Origin: the human T2T-CHM13v2.0 reference genome, Homo sapiens
NCBI RefSeq assembly: GCF_009914755.1
Contig: NC_060927.1
Strand: one strand, 5' to 3'
DNA length: 64,000 nt
Shown one piece after another: positions 38,186 to 59,545 of the stretch. The notes beneath the pieces are model-generated. The model made no database searches and was not told where the DNA came from. It was given only the letters and a program-made list of their open reading frames with translations. The first letter of the stretch is position 1. The number at the start of each line of letters is the position of its first letter. The translations under genes were made by a program, and so were the position numbers.

Positions 38186-41100
38186 GGGTCTCTTTGCCCT
38201 CACATAAGATTCCAGAACACTACTGCTGTGGTCCGAGTGTTTGTCCCTCACATAGGATTTCAGAACACTGCTGCTGTGGTCTGCTTGTCCCTCACATAGG
38301 ATTCCAGAACATTGCTACAAGGGTCTGAATGTTTGTCCATCACGTAAGATTCCACAGCACTGCTGCTGGGGTCTGAGTGATTGTCCCTCACATAGGATTC
38401 CAAAACACTGCTACGAGGGTCTGAATGGTTTGTCCCCCGCATAGGATTCCAGAACACCATGGCGAGGGTCTGAATGTTTGTCCCTCACATAGGCTTCCAG
38501 ACCACTCCTGCTGTGGTCCGAATGTTTTTCCCTCACTTAGGATTACAGAACACTGCTAGTGTGTTCTGAATCTTTGACCCTTACGTAGAATTCCAGAACA
38601 CTGCTGCTGGGTTCCAAGTGTCTGTCCTTCATATAGGATTCCAGAACACTTCAACGAGGGTCTGAATGTTTGTCCCTCACATAGGATTCAACAACACTCC
38701 TGCTGTGGTCTGAATGTTTGTCCCTCACATACGATTCCGGAACACCGCTGCTGGGTTCTGAGTGTTTGTCCCTCACATAGGACTCCACAACACTGCTGCT
38801 GTGGTCTGAATATTTCTTCCTCACATAGGATTACAGAACACTGCCACAAGGGTCTGAATATCTGTCCCTAACATAGGATTCCAGAACATTCCTGCTGTGG
38901 TCTGAATGTTAGTCCCTCACATAGGATTCCAAAACACTGCTGCTGGATTCTGAGTATTTCCCCTCACTTAGGATTCCAGAACACTGCTATGAGGGCCTGA
39001 ATGATTGCCCCTCACTAGGACTCCAGAACAATGCTGCTGGAGTCTGAATGTTGATACCTCACATAAGACTCCAGAACAATCCTGCTGTGGTCTGAATGTC
39101 TGTGACTCACATAGGATTCCAGAACACTCCTGCTGTGGTCTGAATGTTTGTCCCTCACACAGGATTCCAGAACACTGCTGTTGGGTTCTGAGGGTTTGTC
39201 CCTCACATAGGATTCCAGAATACTGCTACGAGGGTCTGAATGTTTGCCCCTCACACAGGATGCCTGAACACTGCTGCTGGGGTCTGAATATTTATCTCTC
39301 ACATAGGATTCCAGAACACTGCTACGAGGGTCTGAATGTTTGTCCCTCACATAGGATACCAGTACCCTGCTGCTAGGGTCTGAATGTTCCTCCCTCAAAT
39401 AGGATACTAGAACACTGCTACAAGGGTCTGAATGTTTGTCCCTCACATAGGATTGCAGAACACTCCTGCTGTGGTCTGAATGTTTGTCTCTCACATAGGA
39501 TTCCAGAACACTGCTGGTGGGTTCTGAGTTTCTGTCACTCACAAAGGATCCCAGAACACTGCTATGAGGGTCTGAATGTTTGTCCCTCACATAGGATTAC
39601 AGAACACTGCTGCTGGGGTCTGAATGTTTGTCCCTCACATAGGATTCCAGAACTATGTTACGAGAGTCTGAATGTTTGCCCTCAAACAGGATTCCAGAAC
39701 ACTCCTACTGTGGTCTGAATGCTTGTTCCTCACATACAATTCCAGAACACTCCTGCTGTGGTCTGAATCCTTGCCCCTCACATAGGATTCCAGAACACTG
39801 CTGCTGGGTTCTGAGGGTTTGCTCCTCACATAGGATTCCAGAACACTGCTACGAGAGTCCAAATGTTTGCCCCTCCAACAGGATTCCAGAACACTGCTGC
39901 TGGAGTCTGAGTGTTTGTCCCTCACATAGGATTCCAGAACACTGTTACGAGGGTCTGAATGTTTGACCCTCACATAGGACTCCAGAACACTCCTACTGAG
40001 GTCTGAATGTTTTTCCCTCACATAGGATTCCAGAACTCCCCTCCTGTGGTCTGAATTTCTCCCTCACATAGGATTCCAGAACAATGCTGCTGTGTTCTGA
40101 GTGTCTGTCCCTCACATAGGATTCCAGAAGACTGCTATGAGGGTCTGAATGTTTGTCCCTCTCATGGGATTCCAGAACACTGTTACGAGGGTTTGAATGT
40201 TTGTCCCTCACATAGGATTCCAGAACACTCCTACTGTGGTCTGAAAGTTTGTCCCTCACACAGGATTCCAGAACACTCCTACTGTGGTCTGAATGTTTGT
40301 CCCTCACACAGGATTCCAGAATACTGTTGCTGGGTTCTGAGTATTTGTTCCTCACATAGGATTCCAGAAAACTGCTATGAGGGTCCGAATGTTTGCCCTT
40401 CAAATAGTATTCCAGAACACTGCTGCTGGTGTCTGAATGTTTATTCCTCACAAAGGATTCCAGAGCACTGCTAGGAGTGTCTGAATGCTTGTCCCTCACA
40501 TAGGATTCCAGAACTCTCCTGCTGTGGTCTGAATGTTTGTACCCCATGTAGTACTCAAGAACACTGCTGCTGGGGTCTGAATGTTTGTCCCTCACATAGG
40601 ATTCCAGAGCACTGCTAGGAGCATCTGAATGCTTGTCCCTCACATAGGATTCCAGAACTCTCCTGCTGTGGTCTGAATGTTTGTACCCCATGTAGTACTC
40701 AAGAACACTGCTGCTGGGGTCTGAATGTTTGTCCCTCACATAGGATTCCAGAACACTGCTGCTGGGGTCTGAATGTATGTCCCTCACATAGGATTCCAGA
40801 ACACTGCTGCTGGGTTCTGAGTATTTGTCCCTCACATAGGACACCAGAACGCGCCTGTTGTGGTCTGAATGTTTATCCCTCACATAGGATTCCATAACAC
40901 TCCTGCTGTGGTGTGAATGTTTGTCCCTCACATAGGATTTCAGAACACTCCTGCTGTGTTCTGAATATTTGCCCTCACATAGGATTCCAGAACACTGCTG
41001 TTGGGTTCTGAGTGTTTGTCCCTCACATAGGATTCCAGAACAATGCTATGACTGTATGAATGTTTGTCCCTCAGATAGGATTTGAGAACACTGCTGCTGG

Positions 41101-43367
41101 ATTCTGAGTGTTTCTCCCTCACGTAAGATTTCAGAACACTACTACGATGGTATGAATGATTTTCCCTCACACAGGATTCCAAAACACTGCTGCTGGGATG
41201 TGAATGTTTGTCCCTCACATGGGATTCCAGAACACTGTTATGAGGGTCTGAACGTTTGTCCTTCACATATGATTCCAGAACACTCCTACTGTGATCTTAA
41301 TGTATGTTCCTCACATGGGATTCCAGAACACTCCTGCTGTGGTCTGACTAACCCTCACATAGGACTCTAGAACACTCCTACTGTGGTCTGAATATCTGTC
41401 CCCCACATAGCATTCCAGAACACTACTGCTGGGTACTGAGTGTCCCTCACATAGGAATCCAGAACACTGCTACGAGGGTCTGAATGTTTTTCCCTCACAT
41501 AGGATTCCAGAACACTGTTGCTGGGTTCTGAGTGTTTGTCCCTCAGATAAGATTCCAGAACACGGCTACGAGGGTCTGAATGTCCCTCACATAGGATTCC
41601 AGAACACTGCTGTTGGGGTCTGAATGTTTGTCCCTCACATAGGATTCCAGAACACTGCTTCGAGGGCCTAAATGTCTGTCCCTCACATAAGATTCCAGCA
41701 CACTGCTATGCGGTTCTGAATGTCCTCACATAGGATTCCAGAGCACTCCTGCTGTGGTCTGAATATTTGTCCCTCACATGGGATTCCAGAACACTGCTAC
41801 GAGGGTCTGAATGTCCCTCACATAGGATTCCAGAACACTCCTGCTGGGGTCTGAATGTTTGTCCCTCACACAGGATTCCAGAGCACTCTGCTGTGGTCTT
41901 AATGTTTTTTAATCACATAGGATTCCAGAACACTGCTACAAGGGTCTGAATGTTTGTCCCTCACATAGGATTCCAGAACACTCCTGCTATGGTCTGAATG
42001 TTTGTCCCTCACATAGGATTCTAGAACATTCACACTGGGGTCTGAATGTTTGCCCTTAACATAGGATTTCAGAACACTGCTCCTGGGGTCTGAATGTTTG
42101 TCCTTCAAATAGGATTCAAGAACACTCCTGCTGTGGTCTGAAAGTTTGTCCCTCACATAGGATTCCAGATCTCTCCTGCTGTGGTCTGAAAGTTTGTCCC
42201 TCACATAGGATTCCAGAACACTGCTGCCATGGTCTGAATGTCCCTCACATAGGATTCCAGAACACTTTTGCTGGTGTCTGAATGTTTATACCTCACATAG
42301 GATTCCAGAACACTGCTATGAGGGTCTGAAAGTTTGTCCCTCACATAGGATTCCAGAACACTGCTGCTAGGGTCTGAATATCTGTCCGTTACATAGGATT
42401 CCAGAATACTGCTGCTGGGTTTTGAATGTCTGTCCCTCACATAGAATTCCAGAACACTGCTGCGAGTGTCTGAATGTTTGTCCCTCACATGGGATTCCAG
42501 AACACTGCTGCGAGGGTCTAAATGTCTGTCCCTCACATAACATTCCAGCACACTGCTATGAGGTTCTGAATGTTTGTCCCTCACATAGGATTACAGAGCA
42601 CTCCTGCTGTGGTCTGAATTTTTCTCCCTCACATAGGATTCCAGAACACTGCTGCTGTGGTCTGAATGTTTGCCTCTCACATAGGATTCCTGAACACTGC
42701 TACGAGGGTCTGAATGTTTGTCCCTCACATAGGATTCCAGAACACTGCTGCTAGGGTCTGAATATCTGTCCGTTACATAGGATTCCAGAATACTGCTGCT
42801 GGGTTTTGAATGTGTGTCCCTCACATAGAATTCCAGAACACTGCTGCGAGTGTCTGAATGTTTGTCCTTCACATAGGATTCCTGAACACTGCTACGAGGG
42901 TCTGAATGTTTGTCCCTCACATAGGATTCCAGAACACTCCTGCTGGGGTCTGAATGTTTGTCCCTCACATAAGATTCCAGAACACTGCTGTGTGATCTGA
43001 ATGTTTGTCCCTCACATAGGATTCCAGAACACTTCTGCTGTGGTCTGATAGTTTGTTCCTCACATAGGATTCCAGAATACTGCTACAAGGTTCTGAATGT
43101 TTGTCCCTCACATAGGATTCCAGAACACTGCTACAAGGGTCTGAATGTTTGTCCCTCACATAGGATTCCACAACACAACTGCTGGGATCTGAATGTTCGT
43201 CCCTCACATAGGATTCCAGACACGGCTACGAGGGTCTGAATGTTTTTCCCGCACACAGGATTCTAGAACACTCCAGCTGGGGTCTGAGTGTTTGTCCCTG
43301 ACATAGGATTCCTGAACACTGCTGCTGCCACTAGAGTCGTTGCGAGTGTCTGAATGTTTGACCTTCA
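38186..43367. repeat. 48-bp satellite array (CER/D22Z3 type), ~108 monomers
   Basis: Monomer gtctgaatgtttgtccctcacataggattccagaacactgctgctggg; 16-aa periodicity in the ORF track ([16 protein letters not shown]). Confidence 0.9.
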
Positions 43368-43498
43368 CCAAACACCAAATGTTCTGGCACTTTAGTCTTG
43401 GACTTTCCAGCCTCCAGATCTGTGAGCAATAATCTCTGTTGTTTATGAATTACTCAGTCTAAAGTATTTTGTTATAGCCACCTAAAGAGAAGAAGAGA
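43362..43498 (+). mobile_element. 3' part of the paralogous MaLR LTR, directly continuing the satellite array
   Basis: ccttcaccaaacacc...cttggactttccagcctccag...tgttgtttat...tattttgttatagc aligns with 21793-21916; followed by TSD-like gcatc. Confidence 0.8.
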
Positions 43499-43499
43499 G

Positions 43500-45225
43500 C
43501 ATCACCTGCCCTGACACCTCATTACCACATTACTGAAGCTATATTAACAGCAGTCACTTTTAGTGGGTACTTCATGCCTGGAATTATGGGGAAAAAATTA
43601 CAAGGCATACTAAAAGGCAAAAAAATAAAAAAAAATACAATTTGTAGCAACAGAGCAAGCTTCAGAAGCAGACAAACCTATGATTTTGGAATTTTTTTTT
43701 TAAACCTCTGGAGAATATGCTAAGGGCTCTAATGAATGAACTAGACAGCATTCAACTGTAGATGGGTAATGTATCCAGAAAGACATCATTAGAACCATCA
43801 ACGTAATTTAGTGATAAAAAATGTGGTAAATAACTGAAGAATACCTCTGATGGCTTATTAGTAGACTAGACTCAGCTGAGTAAAGAATCTCTGAGCTTGA
43901 GGATTTATCAACAGAAACTTCAAAAACTAAAAAAGAAAAACACTGAAATGAACAAAAGATGATATCCAAGACTGTGGGACAACTACAAAAGGTGAAACAG
44001 GGTAATGAGAATACCAGGAGGAGAAGAAATAGAAGAAAGATCTGCAACAACCATGTCTGAGAACTTCCAGTATTAATGTCAGACACCAAACCAAAGATCC
44101 AGGAAGCCCCGAGAACACCAGGCAGGATAAATGCCAACAACCTACACTTGGACATAAAATTTTCAAACTATATGAAATAAAAGACAAAGGAAAACTCTGA
44201 AAGAAACCAGAGGTGGGGCAGAAAACACCTTACCTACAGAGACACAAAGATAAGAACTGAATTCAACATTGCAGAAACTGTGAAAGCAAGAAGACAGTGA
44301 AATGGAAAATTCAAAATGTTGACAGAAAAAAAACCCACCAACCTAAGTTTCTGTACCCACTGAAACCACCCTTCAAAAGTGAAGGAGAATTAAGGCCTTC
44401 CTCAGAAAAATAAAAATTCAAGAAACTTGTTGCCAGGAGACCTGTCTTGCAAGAAATGTTAAATGAAATTCTTTAGAGGGAAACAAAAGATATATAACTG
44501 AAACCTGGATCAACATTTTTTTAAAAAGAGCATTAAAGAAAGAATTGTGGTACAATAAAAACTTATGTATTTATTCTTAATTGATCTGACCAAGAAGTTT
44601 ATAGATAATAATAAATACACACAGATAGATTATGTATGCTTATACACAAGTGAAATGAGTAACACTAATAAAAGGAATGGAATGGAAGGATGGGAGGGAG
44701 GAATTGTGGTACAATAAAAACATGTATTTATTCATAATTGATCTGACCAATAAGCTTGTAGATAATAATAAATACACACAGATAGATTATGTATGCTTAT
44801 ACACAAGTGAAATAAAGAATAATAATACAAGGAATGGAATGGAAGGATGGGAGGGAGGAATCAGGTGTTTTCTTTGTTAAGCAGGTAGTCTTATTTGTGG
44901 GACAGTGGGATAGTGTTATATGAAAGTGGACTTGAATTGGTTGTAAATGTATATTGCAAATTCTATGGCAACTAGTTAAAAAAAGTTTTAAAAAAAAGAA
45001 GTACATGCTAAGAAAGACAGGGAAAATGTAGTCATCTAAAATCATCAATGAAAACTGCAAAGGGCAGAAAAAGAGTGGTAGACAAGAGAATGAAGACTAA
45101 GGAGAATGAATAGAAAACAGTAACAAACACAGTAGATATTAATCCAATGATATCAATAATCACTTTGAATGTTAATGGTATGAATGTACCAATTCAAAGA
45201 CAGAGATTGTCAGAGTCTATCAAAA
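43500..45225 (+). mobile_element. Old L1M 5'/ORF1 region (copy B, continues 33655-34250 across the satellite)
   Basis: caaggcatactaaaaggcaaaaaa...gtcagacaccaaaccaaagatcc shared with copy A. Confidence 0.65.
44542..44861. repeat. 159-bp tandem duplication
   Basis: gaattgtggtacaataaaaac at 44542 and 44701. Confidence 0.92.
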
Positions 45226-45227
45226 GA

Positions 45228-48481
<3,254 letters not shown>

Positions 48482-48545
48482 TCCTGTATTGTACACTTAA
48501 AAAAAAAACTTAAGAGGGTATATTTTAGGTGAAATGGTCATCTAA

Positions 48546-49623
<1,078 letters not shown>

Positions 49624-49811
49624 TAAAGTTTACATTTCTGAGTTAAGAATGCTTAAAATATTATAAAAACAGAAGCACAATTCATTATGTGTTTCATTAA
49701 TCACCTTTATTAAAAACAACGCAATTATATTACAATAGGACAAAAAAATGTTTAGGCAAATGAAAACAAAATCATGACATACCCAAACTCAGGAGGAGGC
49801 AACAAAGGCAG

Positions 49812-49992
49812 TGCTAAAGGGAAGCTTACAGCTGCAGATGCTTAAATTAAAAAGAAGAAAGATCTCAAACCCATGCTAAAGGGAAGCTTACAGCTGCAGA
49901 TGCTTAAATTGAAAAGAAGCGAGATCTCAAACCCATGCTAAAGGGAAGCTTATAGCTGCAGGTGCTTAAATTAAAAAGAAGAAAGATCTCAA
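49812..49992. repeat. 62-bp x3 tandem repeat in L1 ORF2
   Basis: tgctaaagggaagctta at 49812, 49874 and 49936. Confidence 0.93.
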
Positions 49993-51022
49993 ATCAATAA
50001 CCTAACATTACACCTGAAGGGAAAAAAAAACTAATGACAAACCAAGCAAAAGGAAGAAAATAACAGATTAGAGCAGAGATAAGCAGAATAAGACCAGAAA
50101 AAAGAAAGGAAAAAAAAACACTGAGTTTGTTTTTTTAAAGATCAATAAAAATTTTAAAACTCACAGCCATATTAAGAAAAAAAGAGAAATCTCAAATACT
50201 AAAATCATATATAAAAGAGGTGACAGTACAACAGATGCCACAGAAATGAAAAAGATTACAAGAGACTAATGTGAGCAAACCATATGCCACAAAACTGGGC
50301 AACTTAGAATAAATTTATAAATTCCTAGAAACACAAACCACCATACTGCATCATGGAGAAATAAAAAATCCAAAGAGACCTGTAACTAGTAAGAAGATTC
50401 AACCAGTAATCAAAAACCCCCCAAAAAAGAAAATTCCAGGTCCAGATAACTTCACTGGAGAATTTTACCAAACATTTCAAGAAGAATTAATGCCAATGCT
50501 CTGCAAAATATTCAAAAAATGTTCAAAAACCAGGAGGGGACATTCCAATCCATTCTATCAGGTCAACATTTATCTGGTTCCACAGCGGGATGAACACCTT
50601 TCATAATAAAAACACTCAAAGAATTAGTAATAGATGGAAACTCCTCAGTAAATAAAGATCGTACATGAAAAGCTCACAGCTAACATCATACTCAATGGTG
50701 AAAAACTAAGAACTTTTCCTCTAGGATCAGGAACAAGATAGCAACATCTCCTCCTGCCACTTCTATTCACCACAGTACTGGAATTTCTACTCAGAATAAT
50801 TAGGCAAGAGAAAGAAATAAAAAGCATGCAAATTGGAAAGGGAGAAGTATAAAATTTTGTTCACAGACAACAGGATGTAATGTGTAAAAATCCTGAAATT
50901 CCACAAAATACTGGTAGAATAATGAAATTCAACAAAGTTTCAGGATACAGTAACACACACAAGTCAGTTGCATTTCTGTAAACTAACAATGAACAATCTG
51001 CAAATAAAATTTTAAAAACAGA

Positions 51023-51755
<733 letters not shown>

Positions 51756-52528
51756 CTAGAAATTAGCTTAACCAAGAGGGCAAAAGATTTGAACACCGAA
51801 AACTACAAAACACTGTCGAAAGAAACTAAACACAAATCAATGAAAAGAAAAGCTGGGTTTGCAGATGAGATGATTTCATCTTGGAATGATGTCAACACTA
51901 CTCGAAGTGACCTAGATTCAATACAATCCTTATAAGGATTCCAATGACATTTTTGATAAACAGAAAAACCCATCCTAAAACTCATATGGAATCTCCAGGG
52001 CCCATGAATAGGCAAATCAATCTTGAAACAGAACAAAATTAAAGGTCTCAAAACAATTACAAAACTGCAATAAGCCAAAAAAAAAATGTAGTCATGACAT
52101 AAAGACACACGAGAAACTTATGGACCAACACAACAGATACCTCATAAACCAATCCTGGCATATATGGTCCAATGATCTTCCACAAGGATGCCAAGACCAC
52201 TCAATGGTGAAGGACAGTTTCTTCAACAAATGGTGTTGGGAAAACTGTATATCCACATGCAAAACAATGAAGTTGGACTCTTACCTTACACCACGTTAAA
52301 ATTAATTCAAAGTGAATTATAAACCTAAATGTGAAACTAGAATTATCAAACTCCTAGGCAAAACAAATTTGGAAAATGCTTTATGACAATGAATTTGTCA
52401 ATAATTTTTAGGATATGACATTAAAAGCTCAGGCAGTAAAATCAAAAACATATCAAACCTAAAAGTTTCTATACCTCAAAGGTCACAACCAACAGGGTAA
52501 AAGGAAACTGTAGAGTAAAAGAAAATAC

Positions 52529-52740
52529 CAGTTGAGCGTCCCTTATTTGAAATGCTTGGGATGTGTTTCAGATTTTGTAATATTTGCATTATTCTTACTG
52601 GTTGAGCATCTCAAATTCAAACACCTGAGTCTGAGATGCTCCAATAAGCATTTCCTTTGAGTGTCATGTTGGCATTCAAAAAGTTTCAGACTTTGGAGCA
52701 TTTGGGATTTCAGATTTTTGGATCAGAGACATTCAACCTA
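52529..52740. mobile_element. Tigger4a/MER46-type MITE
   Basis: cagttgagcgtcccttatttgaaatgcttggga...cattcaacct. Confidence 0.65.
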
Positions 52741-53296
52741 TAGCTGCACATCATGTATCTCATAAGAAGTGAACATCCAGAATACGTAAAGAACTCCTAC
52801 AGAGAGACTACCAGAAGCAGAGAGGAGCAAACACATTTTCACACTGGGGCACCTCCTATCTCTCCTGGATTCCAATTAGGGCAGAGTAAGTGCTAGTTCT
52901 CTGCCAACCCAGGATTAGGCCCTGCAGCTGCAGTGAAAATAATCACAGAAGAAAACTAAGAAATAAAAAATGGAGAAAGTGAGACATCAAACTAAAATTA
53001 CTAGAAACACCTAGGAAGAAGGAAAAAGAAACCAAGAAAACAGAAAAACAATCAAACCAGTTAATTAAACCTTGGAGTGACCAGAAGATCAGAGTTTCCT
53101 AAAGGAGTGGAAATTTACTGATTTGAAGAGGATTTATTGATTACTGATTTGAAGAGGAAGAAAAACCATTAATGGTCTAAAGCAACAGCCTAGTGCCTGA
53201 AGAAGTCAGTAGGGTGAAAACAAGAGCTGACCAGAATGTCCACAGATGGTGACAAGTTTGCAAAATCTTTACTAGACTACTCGTGAGGCTAACTAG

Positions 53297-53461
<165 letters not shown>

Positions 53462-53819
53462 TGAGTGGCCAATGTGGGCTCTCTGCACACGAGCTACATG
53501 TAGGTTCCTTGGGTACCCAGATGGGAGCCGTGAAACACAAATCCTCCATGGTCAGTTCCGTATCTGTTTCCTGCCTTTTTCCCAGCAGTTCCCAGGCCTC
53601 AGTAGCAGTGGTCTACCTCTGCTGATTCTCATTCGGAATCTAAACTTAGAGACAATTAGAACCTGGACCCCAATTCTACCTGAAAGTAACAGAATAACAT
53701 AATCTATACCATGCAGCATGACTGTTTGCCCAACGTAATGAGGATGAACTGTGATATAATGAATGATCATGACCCTGGCCCAACGTAACGAGAATGAACT
53801 GTGAGATAAATGATCATGA

Positions 53820-55393
<1,574 letters not shown>

Positions 55394-56224
55394 ATAGAAA
55401 ATAAGTAGAAAAATGGCAGACCTAAATCCAACCTTAGTAATGATTAGTTACAATGTAACTGGACAAATACTCTACTTAAGACAGAGACTGCCAGACCTGA
55501 GAGGAAAGCAAGACCCACAATATGGCATCCACAGAGACACAATTTAAACACAAAGACACAAACAAACTATGAGAAAAAATATGCTATGCAGACACTAATC
55601 ATAAAAAGATGGTATCCAGACACTAATCATAAAAAGCTTCAATGGAGATGTTAACACTAGATGAAAGAGGCTTCAAAACAAAATATATCACCAGAAATAA
55701 ACAGGGTACTTTCATAAAAGTAAAAGAATCAGAGAGGATGATATTAAAATTATAAATTGTGCCTCAAAGTGCACACAAAGTACACACACACACAAAACCT
55801 CAAAGTACGTGAATCAAAAACAACAGAACGAAAGCAGGAAGTTGACAATCCACAATTATAGCTGGTGAATTAATACTGCTCTCTCAGTAACTGACGGAAC
55901 AACCAAATAAAAAAATAGGGAAAATACAGATCTAAATGACAAAATCCTGACCCAAATGGTATTTATGAAGCACACAGTTGAGCACTACCAAGACAGACTG
56001 TATGTCCATCTATTGAGAAAAGGTTCAAGCCTGAAATAGTATGCAAAGTATGTTGTCTCAACACTTGAAATTAAATTAGAAACCAACAACAAATAGATAT
56101 CCAGAAAAGCCTCAAATGTCTGAAAACCAAGTAATAAACTTTGAAACACCCTGTGAGTCAAAAAAAGTATTCACAAGGGGAACTGGAATGTATTTGGAAC
56201 AAACTTGTTATAAAAATCACATTT

Positions 56225-58820
56225 CTGGTAGACTAAAGGTGACAACTTCTTTCCTGCTCCTCTCTCTGTGAGAACCAATTCCCCTGAACCTTGCCCAGAC
56301 TACTGACTTATTTGGCCAACAGAAGGTGACAAAGGTGGTATTTGGGGACTTCAGAAGCCAGGCTGAGAGAACGGAACACTTATCCAGGAGAAAGCCAGTC
56401 ACCAGGCAGGAAATCCCACTTCCCTGAGACCCCCATGATGGAAACCATACGGCCAGTCCACGACTAGCTACACTCATTGACAGCCCCCACTGAGCCTCCA
56501 GCAACACCCACTCCCAACAACTAGTGAGCCACCCTGCACACCACACCGCTGTGCTTTCAAACAATCCAGCTCGGCTGCTGCCCTGCTGCAACTATGTGTG
56601 AGATGAGCTGGCCAACAAGACTCTCTAAGCCAAAAAACAAGTAATAATGAGTTGTTTTAAGCTGCCAAGTTTTGGGGATGGTTTCTTCAGAATAGATAAC
56701 TGGAACAGAATATGGCAGCTGGAAATGAGCCGCTGTGGTAATCAGAAGCTACAACATGTGCCACAACTGTGAGGCTGAGCTGTAACTGGGCCTCAAGGAG
56801 ACCATTCATGCAAGCTGGAAGGGCATCAAGACTCTTGGTGAGGGCCTGAAGGACAGTGAGAAAATGTCATTGGAAACTGGAGAAAAGGCCTGGGAGTTAC
56901 GTGCTGAGGGACTGTGGGAAAACTACAGCCACAATACGGAAACTGAAAGGGCACTGCACCATCTCAGGGATCTGCCTAAGGAGACATCTGAGAAGAATGT
57001 GGAAAGTGCTACCAGCCTCCCCTAACTGTCACTGAATAAATATGACAGGAGAGGGACATGATCTAAAGAAGGAGGTTCAGTTTTCAGACAGAATTTAGAG
57101 AAAATATAAAGAAATAATTTATTGTCTCAAAAGGCCAAAGTAAAAAAAAAAAGGAAAGAAAACAAAAGGAAAAAAAATGAAAAAGAAGCCACTCTATTGA
57201 CCATAAGAAAAAGGCAGAGAAAGTTGGTCAACGGCAACCCAGGCACTGAAGGAAAAAGAACATGGAGAATGACAAGAGCCCAGAGGGAGGAGTAAAAAGG
57301 CACAAACGCCATTCTCAGGGACCAGGACTGAGCGTCATTCTCAGGGACCAGGACTGGGCACTAATCAGAGACCTGCAACAGGTGCCCCATGGGAATGACC
57401 AACCGTTAGACAGGGCCTGCAGGGCAGCACCTACCTCCTGCCTTCCACCAACCCCATCTAAAGAGAAATGCTGACTGTTTTCACACCAGTCCCCTCACTG
57501 CGGCTGAGTGTGTGGGTGCAGATGACAGGCCACCACAACCTGATTCAGTCCTCACTGTGGCTGAGTGTGTCGGGGGGCAGATGACAGGCCACCACAACCT
57601 GATTCAGTCCTCACTGTGGCTGAGTGTGGGGGGGGGGGGTAGATGACAGCCCACCACAACCTGATTCAGTCCTCACTGAGGCTGAGTGTGTCGGGGGGCA
57701 GATGACAGGCCACCACAACCTCATTCAGTTCTCACTGTGGTTGAGTGTGTGCGGGGGCAGATGACAGGCCACCACAACCTCATTCAGTCCTCACTGCGGC
57801 TGAGTGTGTGGGGGGGTAGATGACAGACCACCACAACCTCATTCAGTCCTCACTGCGGCTGAGTGTGGGAGGGGGGTAGATGACAGCCCACCACAACCTG
57901 ATTCAGTCCTCACTGCAGCTGAGTGTGTCGGGGGGCAGATGACAGGCCACCACACCCTCATTCAGTCCTCACTGCGGCTGAGTGTGTGGGGGGTAGATGA
58001 CAGGCCACCACAACCTGATTCAGTCCTCACTGTGGCTGAGTGTGTGGGGGGACAGATGACAGGCCACCACAACCTCATTAAGTTCTGTCACTGAGTGTGT
58101 GGGGGGACAGATGACAGGCCACCACAACCTGATTCAGTCCTCACTGTGGCTGAGTGTGTGGGTGAAGATGACAGGCCACCACAATCACAACCTGATTCAG
58201 GATTCAGATGGGCTCCAGCCAGTGCCATAAGGAAAACCATTCTGGGGCTCTTGAGAGGGGCAAAGCATAATTTGCATGTGGGAGAAATGTTAATAGTTTG
58301 TGGCCAGAGGACAAGCTGTGGTTTATTAGACTGCTGCAGGTTCCTACTATGCTTCTCATCAAAAGGGGGAATCTAATCACCTTCCCCCCTTGAATCGTGG
58401 CTGGTCTCAGTGATGAGTATGACTGGACAGTGTGACAGGAGAAATGCTCTGGGACTTCTGAGGGGCGATCATGAGAGGCCTTACAGCTTCTGCCTGGGCC
58501 TCTTGGACACACACCCTGGGAGAAGCCAGACAAACCTGACTACCTGACGATGCCAGACTGGGAGGAAGTCTGTGCTGGCCACAAAGAGAGGGCTGGGTGC
58601 CTACTCCACGTCCCCAGCCACTAGAGTCCTTCTGGGTGCCTGCTCCACGTCCCCAGCCACTAGAGTCCTTCCAGATGAGACCAGAGACATCATGAAGCAG
58701 CCAACCCACACCACCCTGTCCAGTGTCTTGACCCAGAAAATTGTGATATGTAAAAGGATAAATTCCTGGTTTAAGCCAGCAAGGTTACTGGTATGTTGTT
58801 ACATCACAGATAATTAAAAC
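56225..58820 (+). mobile_element. Degenerate MLT1 (MaLR) element: LTR ~56225-56707, internal region, LTR ~58316-58820
   Basis: Two MLT1-like 3' ends (ttttaagc...atagataactggaaca; tttaagcca...cagataattaaaac) flank an internal region. Confidence 0.55.
57487..58200. repeat. ~59-bp GC-rich minisatellite, ~12 copies
   Basis: Unit cagtcctcactgYggctgagtgtgt(g)n-agatgacaggccaccacaacctSatt with a variable G-run. Confidence 0.95.
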
Positions 58821-59545
58821 GTTGAAAAACTCATGAGAGATCACAAGTAGAACCTTGATCTGAAACATGGCATGTGGAGATTTATATTGAGTATTAGGTT
58901 AAAAATGCAAGAATGGAGCATAGTTAATATTTTACGTTAAAGCTAAAACTACAATTGCCTACTTAAAATTTTCAGTTAATTAGGTTGTCACTTTTTGTTC
59001 TTAACCAAGAAATCAACTAGTTTTAGTCCATAAACACTTAGAACTGATGCACACATCCGTTTTTCCTTACTCATTTTAAGCGGCTATCTGAAATAGGAAG
59101 TGTAATATAACCTTTAAAGAATCTGAAAACATGACAGAAATGTTTAAACTATAAACATATATTGTATATGTTAGCATATTGTATACATTGCATATTAACA
59201 TAAGCTAGAATCATTGACATAAATTTATATAAACAAGAGGTAGAAAATATGACAATGTGCTTCTTGGTTTTTGTCTTTGCATATTTCTTTATTGGCCCTT
59301 GTCAAACGTGTCCCACTAACTCCTGAATGCTTTCTCTCTCCCCATGGATTCCTAAGGATGTCATCACAGTGCTGGCCAGATGCACAGGTCACAGGGGACT
59401 GAACCTCACCACCCCACAAACACCCCCTTCAGGTTTTGCCAAGAATGACACTGTAAATGTAACAAAGCTTCTGTGCTTGTTAGTGAACACCAACTCAGCT
59501 CTTCTCCTGTATTCAGAAATCAGGATGAAATGAAAACAAGAAGCA

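Noticed and set aside
39005-43207. Long repetitive ORFs ([16 protein letters not shown] repeats on minus; Cys/His-rich [13 protein letters not shown] repeats on plus)
   Set aside because: A consequence of a 48-bp monomer (multiple of 3); frequently broken by stops and indels, mostly non-ATG starts, no exon structure.
38186-43367. CRISPR-like appearance (constant part plus variable part)
   Set aside because: The variable parts are homologous variants of one monomer, not unique spacers; the context is eukaryotic with no cas genes.
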